From the NCBI GenBank assembly GCA_013115145.1, contig JAAPAO010000019.1, forward strand, positions 62,001-126,000: a stretch of DNA of 64,000 nt. The letters are read 5' to 3'. Numbering within the stretch: the first letter of the stretch is position 1; each line of letters begins with the position of its first letter. Below, piece by piece: positions 11,748-23,626 of the stretch. The position numbers and the translations under genes are program-made. The DNA is from Perkinsus chesapeaki ATCC PRA-425 (Eukaryota; Protista; Perkinsozoa). Below the pieces are notes generated by a model. The model did not search any database and was not told the DNA's origin. It was given only the letters and a program-made list of their open reading frames with translations.

Positions 11748-12290
11748 TTAAGGCGGAGGAATTCTATAATAAAACTCCTCCGCTTGTTTTTGTAGGCATT
11801 TGGCGGGCATTTTATTCTCGCAGTGAGGAAGCCTAGTATCTTCCATCTCCGCAATACAGGCATCAGTGGAAAGTTGCACGGCGGACCTACTTTGAGTTAT
11901 CATATAAATTTTCTTGAATCCAAGCTTCTTATAGAATTTGATCGCCGCTGGGAGGCTCGAAAGAGTGACGATGTCGACATTAGGATTCGCCTTGCATGAA
12001 TCCTTCACCCACTTCATAACAAACGTGCCCATGCCCTGAAACCAATATCCGATATTGAATATCGTGGCGCGCGGTCATGTCTAGCCTACCTTCCCGCGCA
12101 TGGTCTTGGGAACGGCTAATTTGGCAATACTAAAAGCCCTGCGATCGTTGACAAATTTATAGACAATAAATGCACAGAGCTGATCGCCGTTGGCCAAGAT
12201 GGAGAGCTTCCAAGGAGACCTTCCGGAGATCTTGTCGAGGCAGTTCTCACCTTCAAACTCAGTCTCAGAAAGGTCTCTAACCTGATATCA
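11748..12290 (-). CDS. GNAT-family N-acetyltransferase (3' exons; upstream exons probably reach ~12890)
   Basis: A 54-nt intron (12036-12089) joins IAKLAVPKTMRGK to GMGTFVMKW (acetyl-CoA motif A, RGKGMG). Downstream LSSLPAAIKFYKKLGF is motif B. Confidence 0.7.
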
Positions 12291-15200
12291 AATCAGCGTT
12301 GGATTATCTATTAGGCCTTATCAATTGCTTAACAAACTACTCTCAATATGTGCGCTGCTTTGGGCGAAGGGAACAAAAGTAGTCTTGATTTTCATCGCAT
12401 TTTTTACTTGCCACGAAAACACCTTGGTGAGTACATTTTTAACTCTATTGGTGCTGCAAATACGTACGTGGAAAATATCAAAGTGAATATGACAAGTGAG
12501 AATTTCTGCACGATTCTCGCATTTCACCCAACTCGCAGATCAGAAGCGTCCACGACACAGAACTCTACAGTTCGGCAAATTCCCCCCTCCCCCCGCTATT
12601 CCTATGAAGCAACGAATAGCTCCACAACCCAAACGAGAGATGCTACTAGGACAACAGTCCGCTGCAGGAATGTATAAAGCACTTACCTGAGCTAGCAACT
12701 TGACCATAATAGGGTCAGCTCTAGTGGCAGCCTTGTGAGGATACACAGAGTGATACCATTTCGGAGAGAACAGCCCTCCATTCTCAATCGTAGAGGGACA
12801 GGCATTTGATTGAGCTTTCGGCTCATCGACCTCGAGAGCACGAGGGGTAGGAGATACGATGACGTTGTTGGATTTGGTAGTATTGCACATGGTCGGATTA
12901 CGTAATGGAATACAAAAGGATAATAAAGGAAAGAATAGTAAACTGTAGAGGGAACCGAGTTAGGACTTGCGATTACACTGATATTGAATACACAGATAAA
13001 CGGCAATGTACAGTGAATACAAGGACAAGTAAGTCAGCTAAGTCGAGTACGTCAGCATCTTATGAAATGCGCCAAAGCAAAGGAATTAGGAACAAACATA
13101 TGACTCATATGATACGAGTAAATGCCTTCCATGGATTCAGGAAGATGTTTCCCTCCCTCCCCCTCCGCAACCCAACATCAACGATCCAAGAGAAGCTATA
13201 TCATGCTCATGATCGCACCATTTGATGATGGCTCCTCACATACCTCTACCGAGGGTGAGCACGTGGATGCCATACCCGAGAGGGGTACTTCTGAGCTCAC
13301 CTGAGAATCCTTAGGTACCGTAGATTCCATGGTATAGTGGTATTCAACAGATATACATACATACTGAAGCTCCTCATTCTATCGTTTTTGTATCAGAATC
13401 CTTCCACATAGCAACCAGATATTCTCAAGCTGTTAAGTTTACGCTGTATACGGTAACACTTCGCGAAGGAATTTCAGTGCTACTACAGAAGCTCACAACA
13501 ACCTAGGCGAGTTCAGAGCTGAAACTTCGGGGGCTGGTGGATTAGACTGTTGGTATATCTGTGCCTCCATGCATGTTTACGCGTCAATATGGTATATATG
13601 CCAACGAAAGCTTGAAGAGCGGAACTATACCAACGATAACCGTTGAGTGTCCCTTTACGATTCCCCGCCACTTCTTCATACCGAAAAGCGTTATTAAGGT
13701 TTTTATGGTACCACACAACAGCAGTGGATTTACAAGCCCCTACCTGCTCCTGCTGCAATTCTGCACTACACGTGCTGACGTGATTTTCTACTCCTTGCTC
13801 ACCACACTAAAAATGACTAATGACGAATATTTGCCTTCTAACTTACCCGTATAGATGCCTTGATAATCTCTTCAATGAAGTTCTCCTACCAGAGAGGCTC
13901 TCAGCGTGTAAACGACCATTGAAGTTAATCCTTCGCCGAAAGCGTGAGAAATAAGGCAATTTTCCCCCCGACATGGACATGCCGGCGGCCGAGTGAACTC
14001 GATATATACGCAAGCGTAGTAGACGGACTTAAGTACGTCATTGAGAGCCAAGCTAAGTCGAGTTCCAAGGCTGGAACCAAAACACACATTTCGGTAAACA
14101 AATACATGACATATATCGAGGGCTGCCTACATTAGACAGGTTGAGGAGGCCTCTTCTGGTAGTGCTTAACACATCATCAAGCAGTTCATCTACCTTGCTA
14201 TCTTCCCTACTGACCCTGAGAGCCAAGCTCAGGTATGTGCAGCACCAGTAGTAGTAGTGCTACCCCTTATCGTAGCGCTCGAGCCTCCAACTATTGCTGA
14301 CTAGTGCTACCAGAGCGTCTGGAAGGTGTAAGTGTTCAATGCCATCTGAAGATTCTCTAGCGATTTCACGGCTATAAGCTAACGGCACTTGAAATGACAG
14401 GTACGATCAGAACATCAAGTCCTTTGGACACCGATCGACAACAACTAAATGGTAACCTGAGATCCACCAATGCGTGCCAAGCAGTGCCGGCGTACAATCG
14501 ATGCCGCGTGAGCCTTCTGCATAGCCATTTAGCGTTAGGCAGTAAACTGAGCATTGTGTGCTCTGTCCCCTTATTGTCATCACGATCAGTTTCAGCTCCT
14601 GTCGTGCTGCATATGGCTTTCTTAGGTATCAAGGTTACCTGTAATGCCAGGAACGAACTGAACAATTGAAATTAAAATTGTTTCCTTTGGCCAGTTGTTC
14701 AGCCTATCAGAAAGCTAACCGCGCTTTAAATTCTTGAAGGAGAGGCTGTCAAAGGCCCGCCGTCTAGCCTGCGATGCATACCGGCTGCACTCCTAAATGG
14801 TCATACCATTGAGTTGCCTCAATAACTATCTCGAAAATTCCAAATATATCATAGACGGAATTGAAAGTGGCATCTTTTCCCATGAGAAGCGACGCGGGGA
14901 GTGTCACCACCTTACACTGTGCTTCTGGCGATCTAGATCGTTCTTGGTGAAGAAGAATCCACCAATAGCCAACCACGGTGCTGAGACGGCTAGTGATAGT
15001 CAAGACAATCGTTTGGATAAAGAATCGATGAGAAGCAACAAGGACAAGAAGACTCCAAATCGGCAACTAGTGAGCACCCACTGGTCTGGTCTTGGCGTTT
15101 GAGTTCAGATGAGACAGCACCGCCACCGCCACGGGGGCGCTGTATGACCTAGTGAAAACTACGTTGCTGATAAATGTTCGGATGGTACGTTTAAAATAAA

Positions 15201-15807
15201 TTGGGAGTCAACGTGAAGGGTGAGATGGATTAAAGCAGAATCTGTAACATGCAAGAATACAAGAGCATCTTCGTGTTCGTCCGTGCAAGCCTTTACAGCT
15301 TCACGGGAGCCTGGCATTTTATAGACAACTGGAGGCAAATGTCAGTATGGCGTAGTCGTTGCTATTAGAGCTCTGCTGAACACAGAGTGCCATTTCATCA
15401 GTGTTAAAATACCTGGCCTCTTCAGTTTGAAATACATTATGCTTGTCGTCGTCATAAACCCGCGCAGCGCCGAAAAACGTAAAGAGCTCTTCGGAGACCC
15501 CCAATCTTCACAACCACTATAAGAGAACCGCAACAATGGTTGGACCGAATATAACACTGGCTAATGCTCAGAGATTCATCTAGCCCCACCCAGATGTGTT
15601 CCTACTATAAATACATATAATGGAGACTAGCTAGATAATATACTCATGAGAAATCATCCAGTGCATTTTTACTAACAACGTTTGCTGTTCCTGTATGACG
15701 CCCTGCTACTGACAGCGAGTTCCTTGAAGCAAACGCAATGAGAAGGTAGTGGTAGGCTACGATCAAAAGGAAACTAGTCACAGCTAATCATGAGTCTAAT
15801 TCAATCT

Positions 15808-16890
15808 TCACACAATCGTCCGTGGCCCCTGCAGCCACACTGCCAAGTCCCGGAGGGTTATGGCACGACGGCCCTCACAAAGGGCATTGAAAATGAGGTT
15901 CACTTCTTCTGGGGCGAAAACTATTCCCGCACTGTTTCCTGAAAAAAGTCGCTGCCAGGAATCGAACCTGTGCGGCCTCACGTGCAATGCTGTTGAACTC
16001 CTCGGGAGTTAGGCCGTCTGCTGGATTGGCCAATGCATAGTTCTTATATAACATAGACAACTGCTCAGGACTCTGCACTGCCAGCTTATGAGCAACCTGT
16101 CAGAATGTGACGCTGACAGTCACAAATAAGACCGTACCAAATTCAGAGCTCGAGTCTTGGATAGACCAACAGAAGCTCCTGCGCAACCGACGAGGAAGAT
16201 ACCAGGGCCGAGGATGAGACCGGCAAAGGGCCAGACGTCGTTAGTCCAGAGGGCAATGAAGACGTGTATCCCGAGAAAAACATACCTGCTTGAAAATGCC
16301 CCTCCCGAGGATCGAACCTGCGCCGTACCAAAGCCCCTTGCCAGTAAGCCTGGTGAGAAACCGGACGTAACGATTGACGAAGGCCTGGTACTCTTGCAGC
16401 TGAAAAATAAAATAACCGAGTTAAATTTGAGATTGATAACTCCTTTCGGTTTCACTGGTGCATCGACAACAAGCATGATGAGACCGAACGCCAAGAGGTA
16501 AATGTCATCTGTCAAGTCGAATGGGGCGAACTCGGTGAATGCAGTCGAAAGCGTCGCGGAAATACCAGCAATAACAGTGCCTGCGAGAAGAAATCGATGT
16601 GAACGAACACACGCCAAATCTGAAGGTTACGGATGTACGAAGGATAAACTGCCAGAACATTCTTCGTGAACGGAAGCTCTTCATCTTCTTAGAAGACTCA
16701 GAACTTCCGAGTCGGGAGCTTCCGACTTGAAACCCAGTCTTCTAAGAAGTTTGCTGCCTCCGCGATGATTCAAGAGTCTACTGAGAGCTATCATGAAGAG
16801 CCTCAACCCACCTAAGGCGGCGAAAAAGAATGCCATCTCCAGTTTCTGCAAAGCCGCACCTGCGGGAGTGCCAACCGCCTAACAAAAGGG
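15808..16890 (-). CDS. COPI-associated / TVP15-like Golgi membrane protein with a C-terminal EF-hand-like extension (start approximate)
   Basis: Spliced reading DDIYLLAFGLIMLVVDAPVKPKG|LQEYQAFVNRYVRFLTRLTGKGLW|YVFLGIH... then ...GLTPEEFNSIAR|NSAGIVFAPEEVNLIFNALCEGRRAITLRDLAVWLQGPRTIV-TGA (15808-15810). Confidence 0.75.
16685..16749. repeat. 14-bp perfect inverted repeat enclosing a second small hairpin
   Basis: CTTCTTAGAAGACT (16685-16698) and AGTCTTCTAAGAAG (16736-16749); the 37-nt spacer contains GTCGGGAGCTTCCGAC. Confidence 0.9.
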
Positions 16891-17559
16891 AGTTGTGGCG
16901 GTCAGGGAATGTAGCATCGCTAAAACACCCTCTTCGAGAGGTTTATCTATATAAATACCGTTGCTTGATACTAGTTCAATATCTCAAACTGGAATAGTCC
17001 TATAATGCATTGTATCCATTAATGAACGCCTAATTGACCACCGCCTATACACGGGTAGAATCTAATGAAGATAAGGTGTCCAATTCTGTCAACGCTTAAC
17101 GGAGCATAGCAGTCGGTTCCCTAGGCTGCAGGGAGGAGCTCAAAAATAGTTCCTGTAGAGATGTCTGAATGATTTCTTACTATTATTATATATAATGTAG
17201 TTGATAATGATTATGCTGTCAAATGGTGAAAAAAATTAAATGCATTCTCTCCGTTCCCGTATTCGTAAACAGAGCTACTGACCATTGGAGCAGGAAATCC
17301 CTGACCGAACGGCTGAGCCGCCATCAGTGGCTGATTCTCCCCCACTTGATGCTGTTGCGGCATATCCAATAAAACTAACCCTCGCCGCCTCACCAAGGTA
17401 GAACGCAAAGCCTTGTGGCTCGGAAACGACAAAGCAATCATGTTGAATCCACACGTTTAGTGCCCCTCATCTCAAGCGTTGAGTAAATGGATCCGCTAAA
17501 GGCACCTTGAAGGACGTTCGCCTCCGTAAGCTTGGGGGCTACAGTGGGAGGCTGCACTG

Positions 17560-20500
17560 TTATAGGGGGGAGAGGGTGAACGGGCCGACTCTAGCACACA
17601 AAAACATGACACACTGGGAAGATGCGGAAAGCCAGTAAACCATCTCGGACAAAAACGACAACGCAAGTAAGCCTACCGCGCCCTCTATAGCTGCCATAAG
17701 GCACTCTAAGCTGTGCGGCGAGAACTGCTTCTCCAGCAGTTGACCTCGAAGTAGTTCTCCTAAAAGGCCTTCTGTGACCGGTGGGGTGTTGTAAACACTA
17801 TTGGTGCGGCCCTTTCCTGTGGCACGAAGGCGACCTGGAAGAGAAGTATGGCAGCCATGCTTTTCTATGTTTCCAAGCTTCCCTGAATGCACCTCTGACT
17901 ATATTGATAACGTCAAACAATAAACACTCAGCATCCATCTTCTAGACTGCTGCTGGTGCTGCTGCCTAGCCACTACTTTGCACTATACCTCACCCAGCCT
18001 CCGGCGCATACTAGCCAGAATCAACCGTCCAAGGTTCCCCGGAATGCGCATCACCACTGACAAAGTCTCCAACTATTTTATGGGAGCCTCGAAAGGCCTT
18101 ACGACACCCCGCCACAAAGTTGGTAATGGAAAAGATATTATAAACCGTTATCGATCACCTACACACTGTAGTGTAGCTACTTACTCAATAAGGAACTAGC
18201 TCTCATATGCGCAAACAGATATCCAAGTTTCTCAGTAGCACCCTCCGAAACAGCCCACATGCCAGCCTCAGCTGATAGCGGATGATAGGTCGGCGCCAGC
18301 TCTACTGGGGAAAACCTGCAAATGCATTTCAATGGAGCGTTACGAGCAGATAGGAGAAGCTCACGCTCTAGCAACGTCCTTGGCTTTATTGCGAAGATCT
18401 TCTACAGTGGCGGTGTCGGGGTCGAAATCACCAGAATGCAAGACGCATATTATGGCTATTTCTCGAAGGGCCCTGAGGCGAATAAATTATACAACAAACA
18501 TTGGTATCGAAGTTTATTGCGATAAAGTAGAGAAATGGAATTAAACACTCCCCCTCAGTGGACGACGCTTTATAGAGTAAGTTTTGTTCCACGTGTAGCT
18601 GAACATTCAGTATTTAAGACAACAATCAGGAGACGAAGAGGAGCTAACAGACGCTCACATAATGCTGCTGCTTACCAGACATAAAAATATACATCTCGCC
18701 TCACCGATCGTATCTCATGTTCGCTGGGGACCCTGCCGCCGTCACGCGCCATATAACGTATAACCTAGTGAAGAGGCATCATCTACCGCAAGCATCTACA
18801 CTACAATACATCAGAATCCAAGGCAGCCAGCTCCGCTAGGGAACCAGAGAGGGCTTTGGCGTCAAGAGGAAGATGCGCTGCTTTCTGATAGAAAAACCGT
18901 CTTTTCTACAACCCTCAACTCTACTTACTGTCTGACCGAACAACATGTGCATCGCCGTCCCCATCTGATGGCCAAACGAAAGAACTTCCTCATAGTACAA
19001 TTTCCTGATAACTTCGCTGGAAAATTCCAAGCAACCGGAAATTACCGAACAACATTAACCTGCGGCCTGACGAAATTAAGTTCGGTGAAGACGTGACCAT
19101 CACAAAGTGGCACCGTGCTGGCCAAACCCGTCTTATACTTCTTACTGCGAGCAAACACTCTTACATACCTAAACGATGGATAATTTCACGGCGCGTGACG
19201 CTTCTATAAAACCTACCAATATCCAATATGCTCGTTAGTAGCAGCGTTCACCACATGCATTATCTGAAAAAGTCCTAAAAAAGGCGGAGCGAAGCAGCAC
19301 AGCCCACCTTGACGTCTCTGTCCCAACCATCATGACCGAAGGACACATTATCACTTTCATCAATCAAATTGACATTAAAAAGCTTCGAAGCCAATTCACT
19401 GTATCTTTTCAACGCCGGCCCAAATACCATGTACTCAGCCAGCTGCCTCTGAAGCCTATCTTGTCGGCACATAGTAACGTAAAACAGTTCATCGATTAAG
19501 TCGACATTGGCAGTGAGCGGTCCCTTTGCCTCCGGCACAACCTTCCCCGCCATTGCACCCAGCTTAAGTTGTTCCAATCTCTTCACAAAAGGCACCAACA
19601 ACGGCAAACTGTCATTCCAGCAATGCTGCAGAACCCTCATCAAGTGCCCGTCATTATGGATGCCCAACTGAGCATTTTCCATCTCTCCCCAACTCCCAAA
19701 GCCCAACGATTCCGCCACTCTTTTCCTCGATTGCAATACCGCCAGGATGCTCCGATCGTAAGATTCATTCTCATAAAAATGCCTGTGATAAGCATTAAAT
19801 ATAATTTCCCTAGTTTTCCTATTATGGCACTCGCCAACAACTCTATAATACGTGGCTCTATCAGCCTAAAATGGTAAATAAAAATCGCTTCGCTCCGCTA
19901 ACCTACCCTTAAACAGTAACTATCCGTTCTATACCATATCCTAAAGTACGCCATAGCATCTTCAGTGAGGCCGATGAGATCCTTCTTCCTATCAAATCGG
20001 CGTCCCTCCCCACCCGACAGCCCTCCTACTCACTTGAAATAATTTCGTTCGCCCTTCATTTTCTTGTACACAACTTTGTGTCCCTTTGCCATCGCCTTCA
20101 ACAACTTCTTAGCATGCACCTTTGATTTCTCATCCAAGAGCAACTGAAATGACCGCGCGCCACGAAATTCATTCGGAAGGTCGATGATGGACAGTAGTAC
20201 CTCGAGTAGACGAGTGCCGGTAAAATTGCCGATTTCGTCTTTGGATATTTTACCGGCTCGGAAGAGCTTCCGCGTCACGTCACAAGAATTTGATATCATC
20301 CAACCCGACCACAGACGAAGATAACGACCCCTGAGACATGCAAACTGCAAAGCCAAGCAGATAACTACAGTGCGCATGTCCTAATGAAAATACGACACAA
20401 TGGCACAGTTGCTATTTAGCTGCTACAATATTGCAAGGCACACAAACACAACCAATACAAACGAAGGCCATCGTAGAAGTTTTGATCAACAACGGGCCAT

Positions 20501-21522
20501 TAGTCGTTTTACAGTGAAGTCTCCCACGAGATACCAAAATGATGTGTATGTTATCAAACCGACAACATACAGCGGAGGAGGGATATTATGAGATTAAAAA
20601 TAGCGGGGTAAAGACAATGCCAGGTATACTGGAGCTTTCTTAAGCCTGATTCCGATTAATTAAACGTTTGGACGTCGACGGGAGGTAGAACGTATTGATA
20701 TAAGCAACAGGTTGCTCAAACGGTATACGAATTCTTGCTGACACTGTAAAACAAGTGGTTGATGCAGCCAGGGGAAAAGAAACGGCTACCGAGGACTCAA
20801 TTATCAGAACAGTGATCCTAGTTAGACACACGCCCCGCTGATGAAACCAACGAACCGTTTCAGATTCTCTATAGTTCGAGTATTACTTCAACTTGTAGTC
20901 TTAATATAAGTACACATCAACCAAGGATGCTACATAGTTTCCCGGCCATGTTTCCGACATGCGCACTGTTATTTCCGAGAGACCGCGAGCAAATATCCGG
21001 CACGTCCCAATTGGTGACCGGGAAATGGTGTAGTTTCCCCATTGCCACTCCATCCTTCAGTATTACCCTGATATAGCCGGCTCCGACACTGCCTGGGCCC
21101 TCTGAACGTGGTGCATAAACGTCAAATAACGTTGCTTTAATTCTTCATCTCCAACAGACTTCGCCAATGCCCTTCTGAGCGATAAATACCTGCAAAAAGG
21201 AGCTTTGGCCCGCTAGAAAATAGTATTACTTGACCAGCATTTTGCTACCGCTACGCATCTGTCGGAGATCCAGCGGCCCCTCGGTACGTTCGCCTCTGGC
21301 AAATGCAATGGCGTTAAGAATCGGGTTAAAAAACCGGATGCCAGGGAAGGCCACACGCATGCCTTTTTCCATCACAGGCATCCCCACTAAATAGAAGGTA
21401 GCTCCCACGAGGCCAGAGGCGCTTACATTTGTTCCGGATGACGCCATCACCAGGCTTGGCAGGATCGAAGCCCATTCGTTTAAGAGCCTTCTGTTGCTTC
21501 GATAAAGCCCTAGCGACTGCAT
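17560..21522 (-). CDS. Peptidase M3A (oligopeptidase A / mitochondrial intermediate peptidase)-like protein with a degenerate active site; multi-exon; 3' end approximate (may reach ~17211)
   Basis: Exons read ECHNRKTREIIFNAYHR...ILAVLQSRKRVAESLGFGSWGEM, LAEYMVFGPALKRYSELASKLFNV...GHDGWDRDVK, EEVLSFGHQMGTAMHMLFGQT, LDAKALSGS and GYLFAHMRASSLL, colinear with the M3A layout. The N-terminus MQSLGLYRSNRRLL resembles a mitochondrial presequence. Confidence 0.75.
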
Positions 21523-21831
21523 CCCCCATTTAAAATAAACTGAATAGGACATTCATTCAATTGAAGTAAAATCCTGCAATATGAATTTTACAGGAAATTG
21601 CTGAAGGCGATTCCGAGAAAAGGAAATGCTTTACTGGAAAGCGCGAAGACCATACAAATGAATCAAACGGCGCCATCGCCGATGGCCCATCATAAATGTT
21701 TTCTTCGGAGCAAGTCACCGGGCGCGGCGATTATGTGCAATTGCGTTAAGGAAATGCAAGATAGGCAAGATTGCCAAGTATGCCATCCGAAGCTGTCTTC
21801 TGCTTTCGGCCATTGAATATTCCCTTCACTT

Positions 21832-23505
21832 ATGGAGTCCAGTATAATACCGATAGAGCTGATCGTCAAATCCAAAGGATCATCGAGGACTCTGCGGACA
21901 GAGCAGGGATGGACACTGGCAAAGCTTTTGACAGAGGCCGGGCTATCATCTAGTACACAAATAGTACTAAGTTGTCGAAGTAGCTCCACCGGGGTTCGAA
22001 CTCGGGACCTATTTTATTTAGGTATATGGGAGCATTATAGGGAGCTAGATGCCAGGAGTTCTCTTGATAGAAGTGTAGTAGTGGAGGGGCGGGATAATGG
22101 TTAAGTTAATTTAGTCCGCCCGACTGGTCGAGGAAAATCGGAGACTTGCCGAGGAAGTGCTTCGGTTGGAGAATCTTTTGCAGCACCAAAAGCCCGCATC
22201 AACCTCGACTGTCGAGCCCGAAGTAACAGCTTTTTCCCTCCCCCAAACTCCGCCCATCGGTGCCAGTGGGACACCAGTGCCCTCAGGGTCCCCCTAATAG
22301 TGCTCGGAGCCGCGTCTCGAGACGGAGCAGTGTTGGGTCCATGATAAGCTACCAAAGCGAGGTGTACGCGGTTGGCAGGTAAATACATATCATCACTTTA
22401 ATCAGGTACATGGAGCACCAAGAAGGTGAGATACTTCGTTTGGATGACGAACTGAAGGCACTGAAGGAAAAGGCAGACCGACTGGCATTGTTGGGTTATG
22501 ATGGCTTCAACTTAGAACCGCCTATTGCACGATGAAGCTGTGAAGGTCCGGTTGGAGCTGGACAAGGCAAATTCAGTTAATGAAGAATTGCAGCAGAAAA
22601 CGCTTGAGTTGTTGGCTGAGAGGGAGATGCTCCTTCGACGTGCCTCCAGCGGCTCCTCGAGTGGAAGTCCAGACTCGAGTGCTGGGATGGGGGAGAGGTC
22701 TCCGGAGTGTAGTAGAGCGGGCGGAGCGAAGCGATTCTTATTGGCAGATTCGGTATCGGCTCGTAGCCTTTTGGACGCCTTGTCGCCTTCTCCAGCGTCG
22801 CCCAGTGGCCTAATGGAGTCGTCGAGCCTTATTTGGTACAGCACCCCTGCAGTAGAGCGGCTTGGGGCTTATAGTCCGGGAACGACAGGGAAGGATCAGA
22901 AAGGGGGGCACGAGGAGTAGTATAAGGGAAGGGAGAGCTTTGGGATATTATATTGCAGCGTGGTCCACATGCTCACCGTCAAGGTGGCCGAATTAGAGCG
23001 AGATAAGGCAGAGCTCAAAGAACAGCTTAGCAGGGCTGTAGGGGAGATGCCCAACACGTCACGGTGGGAAGGCTGGAGTAATGTTGCCGAGGGAATGTTT
23101 TATCAGGCCGAGTTGCTCTCCGTCATCGGCGGGCAGGTCCTTCGGTAGGCAGCCTTTCGATGGGTTCGGGGGACTTGTGTTTAGGTGCTTCCTTGTGTGA
23201 TGAGTTGACGGCCTTCCAGAACGCCGAGAAGGTCGAGGAACTGGAGGCAGAAACGGAAGTGCTAAGAGATACTGTAGCTCGGTATCGAACCTTGGTCCAA
23301 CGGAAGGTAAGCTTAGCACTTGACCGTTACGCCATTTGGTCAGATGGTGTGGTGGTAGGTGTTATTTCCACCAATTTTTATCGGCGCATTTCAGGACGAG
23401 TTCCTCGCCCGGATCATTGCGGTACTGCAAGACGGGCATGCCGATCGCAAGCCGTTGAAGCCCAGCCTTCACCTGAGCACGTCCGGGCAAACCTCTTCAG
23501 TATAA
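21832..23505 (+). CDS. Coiled-coil protein, possibly golgin-like (C-terminus resembles the TMF/Sgm1 region)
   Basis: Successive heptad-rich exons with GT-AG boundaries: RLVEENRRLAEEVLRLENLL, VRLELDKANSVNEELQQK, VAELERDKAELKEQL, AELLSVIGGQ|NAEKVEELEAETEVLRD, DEFLARIIAVLQDG...TAA. The family call is tentative. Confidence 0.55.
21981..22010 (-). other. tRNA 3'-half-like fragment (V-loop, T-arm, acceptor 3' strand); not a full tRNA
   Basis: Reverse complement AGGTC-CCGAG-TTCGAAC-CCCGG-TGGAGCT-A has tRNA geometry with one T-stem mismatch. No D-arm or anticodon arm upstream. Confidence 0.4.
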
Positions 23506-23626
23506 TTCAAAATGCGTTTCCTATCCCCACTGACGGTCACATGGTATCCGTAGCGGACAATACGAGGCGTTGCGTTCGAGGGTCAGGTGGGGATGGTCTG
23601 CTTTGCAAAGTTCAAGGATTATTAAT

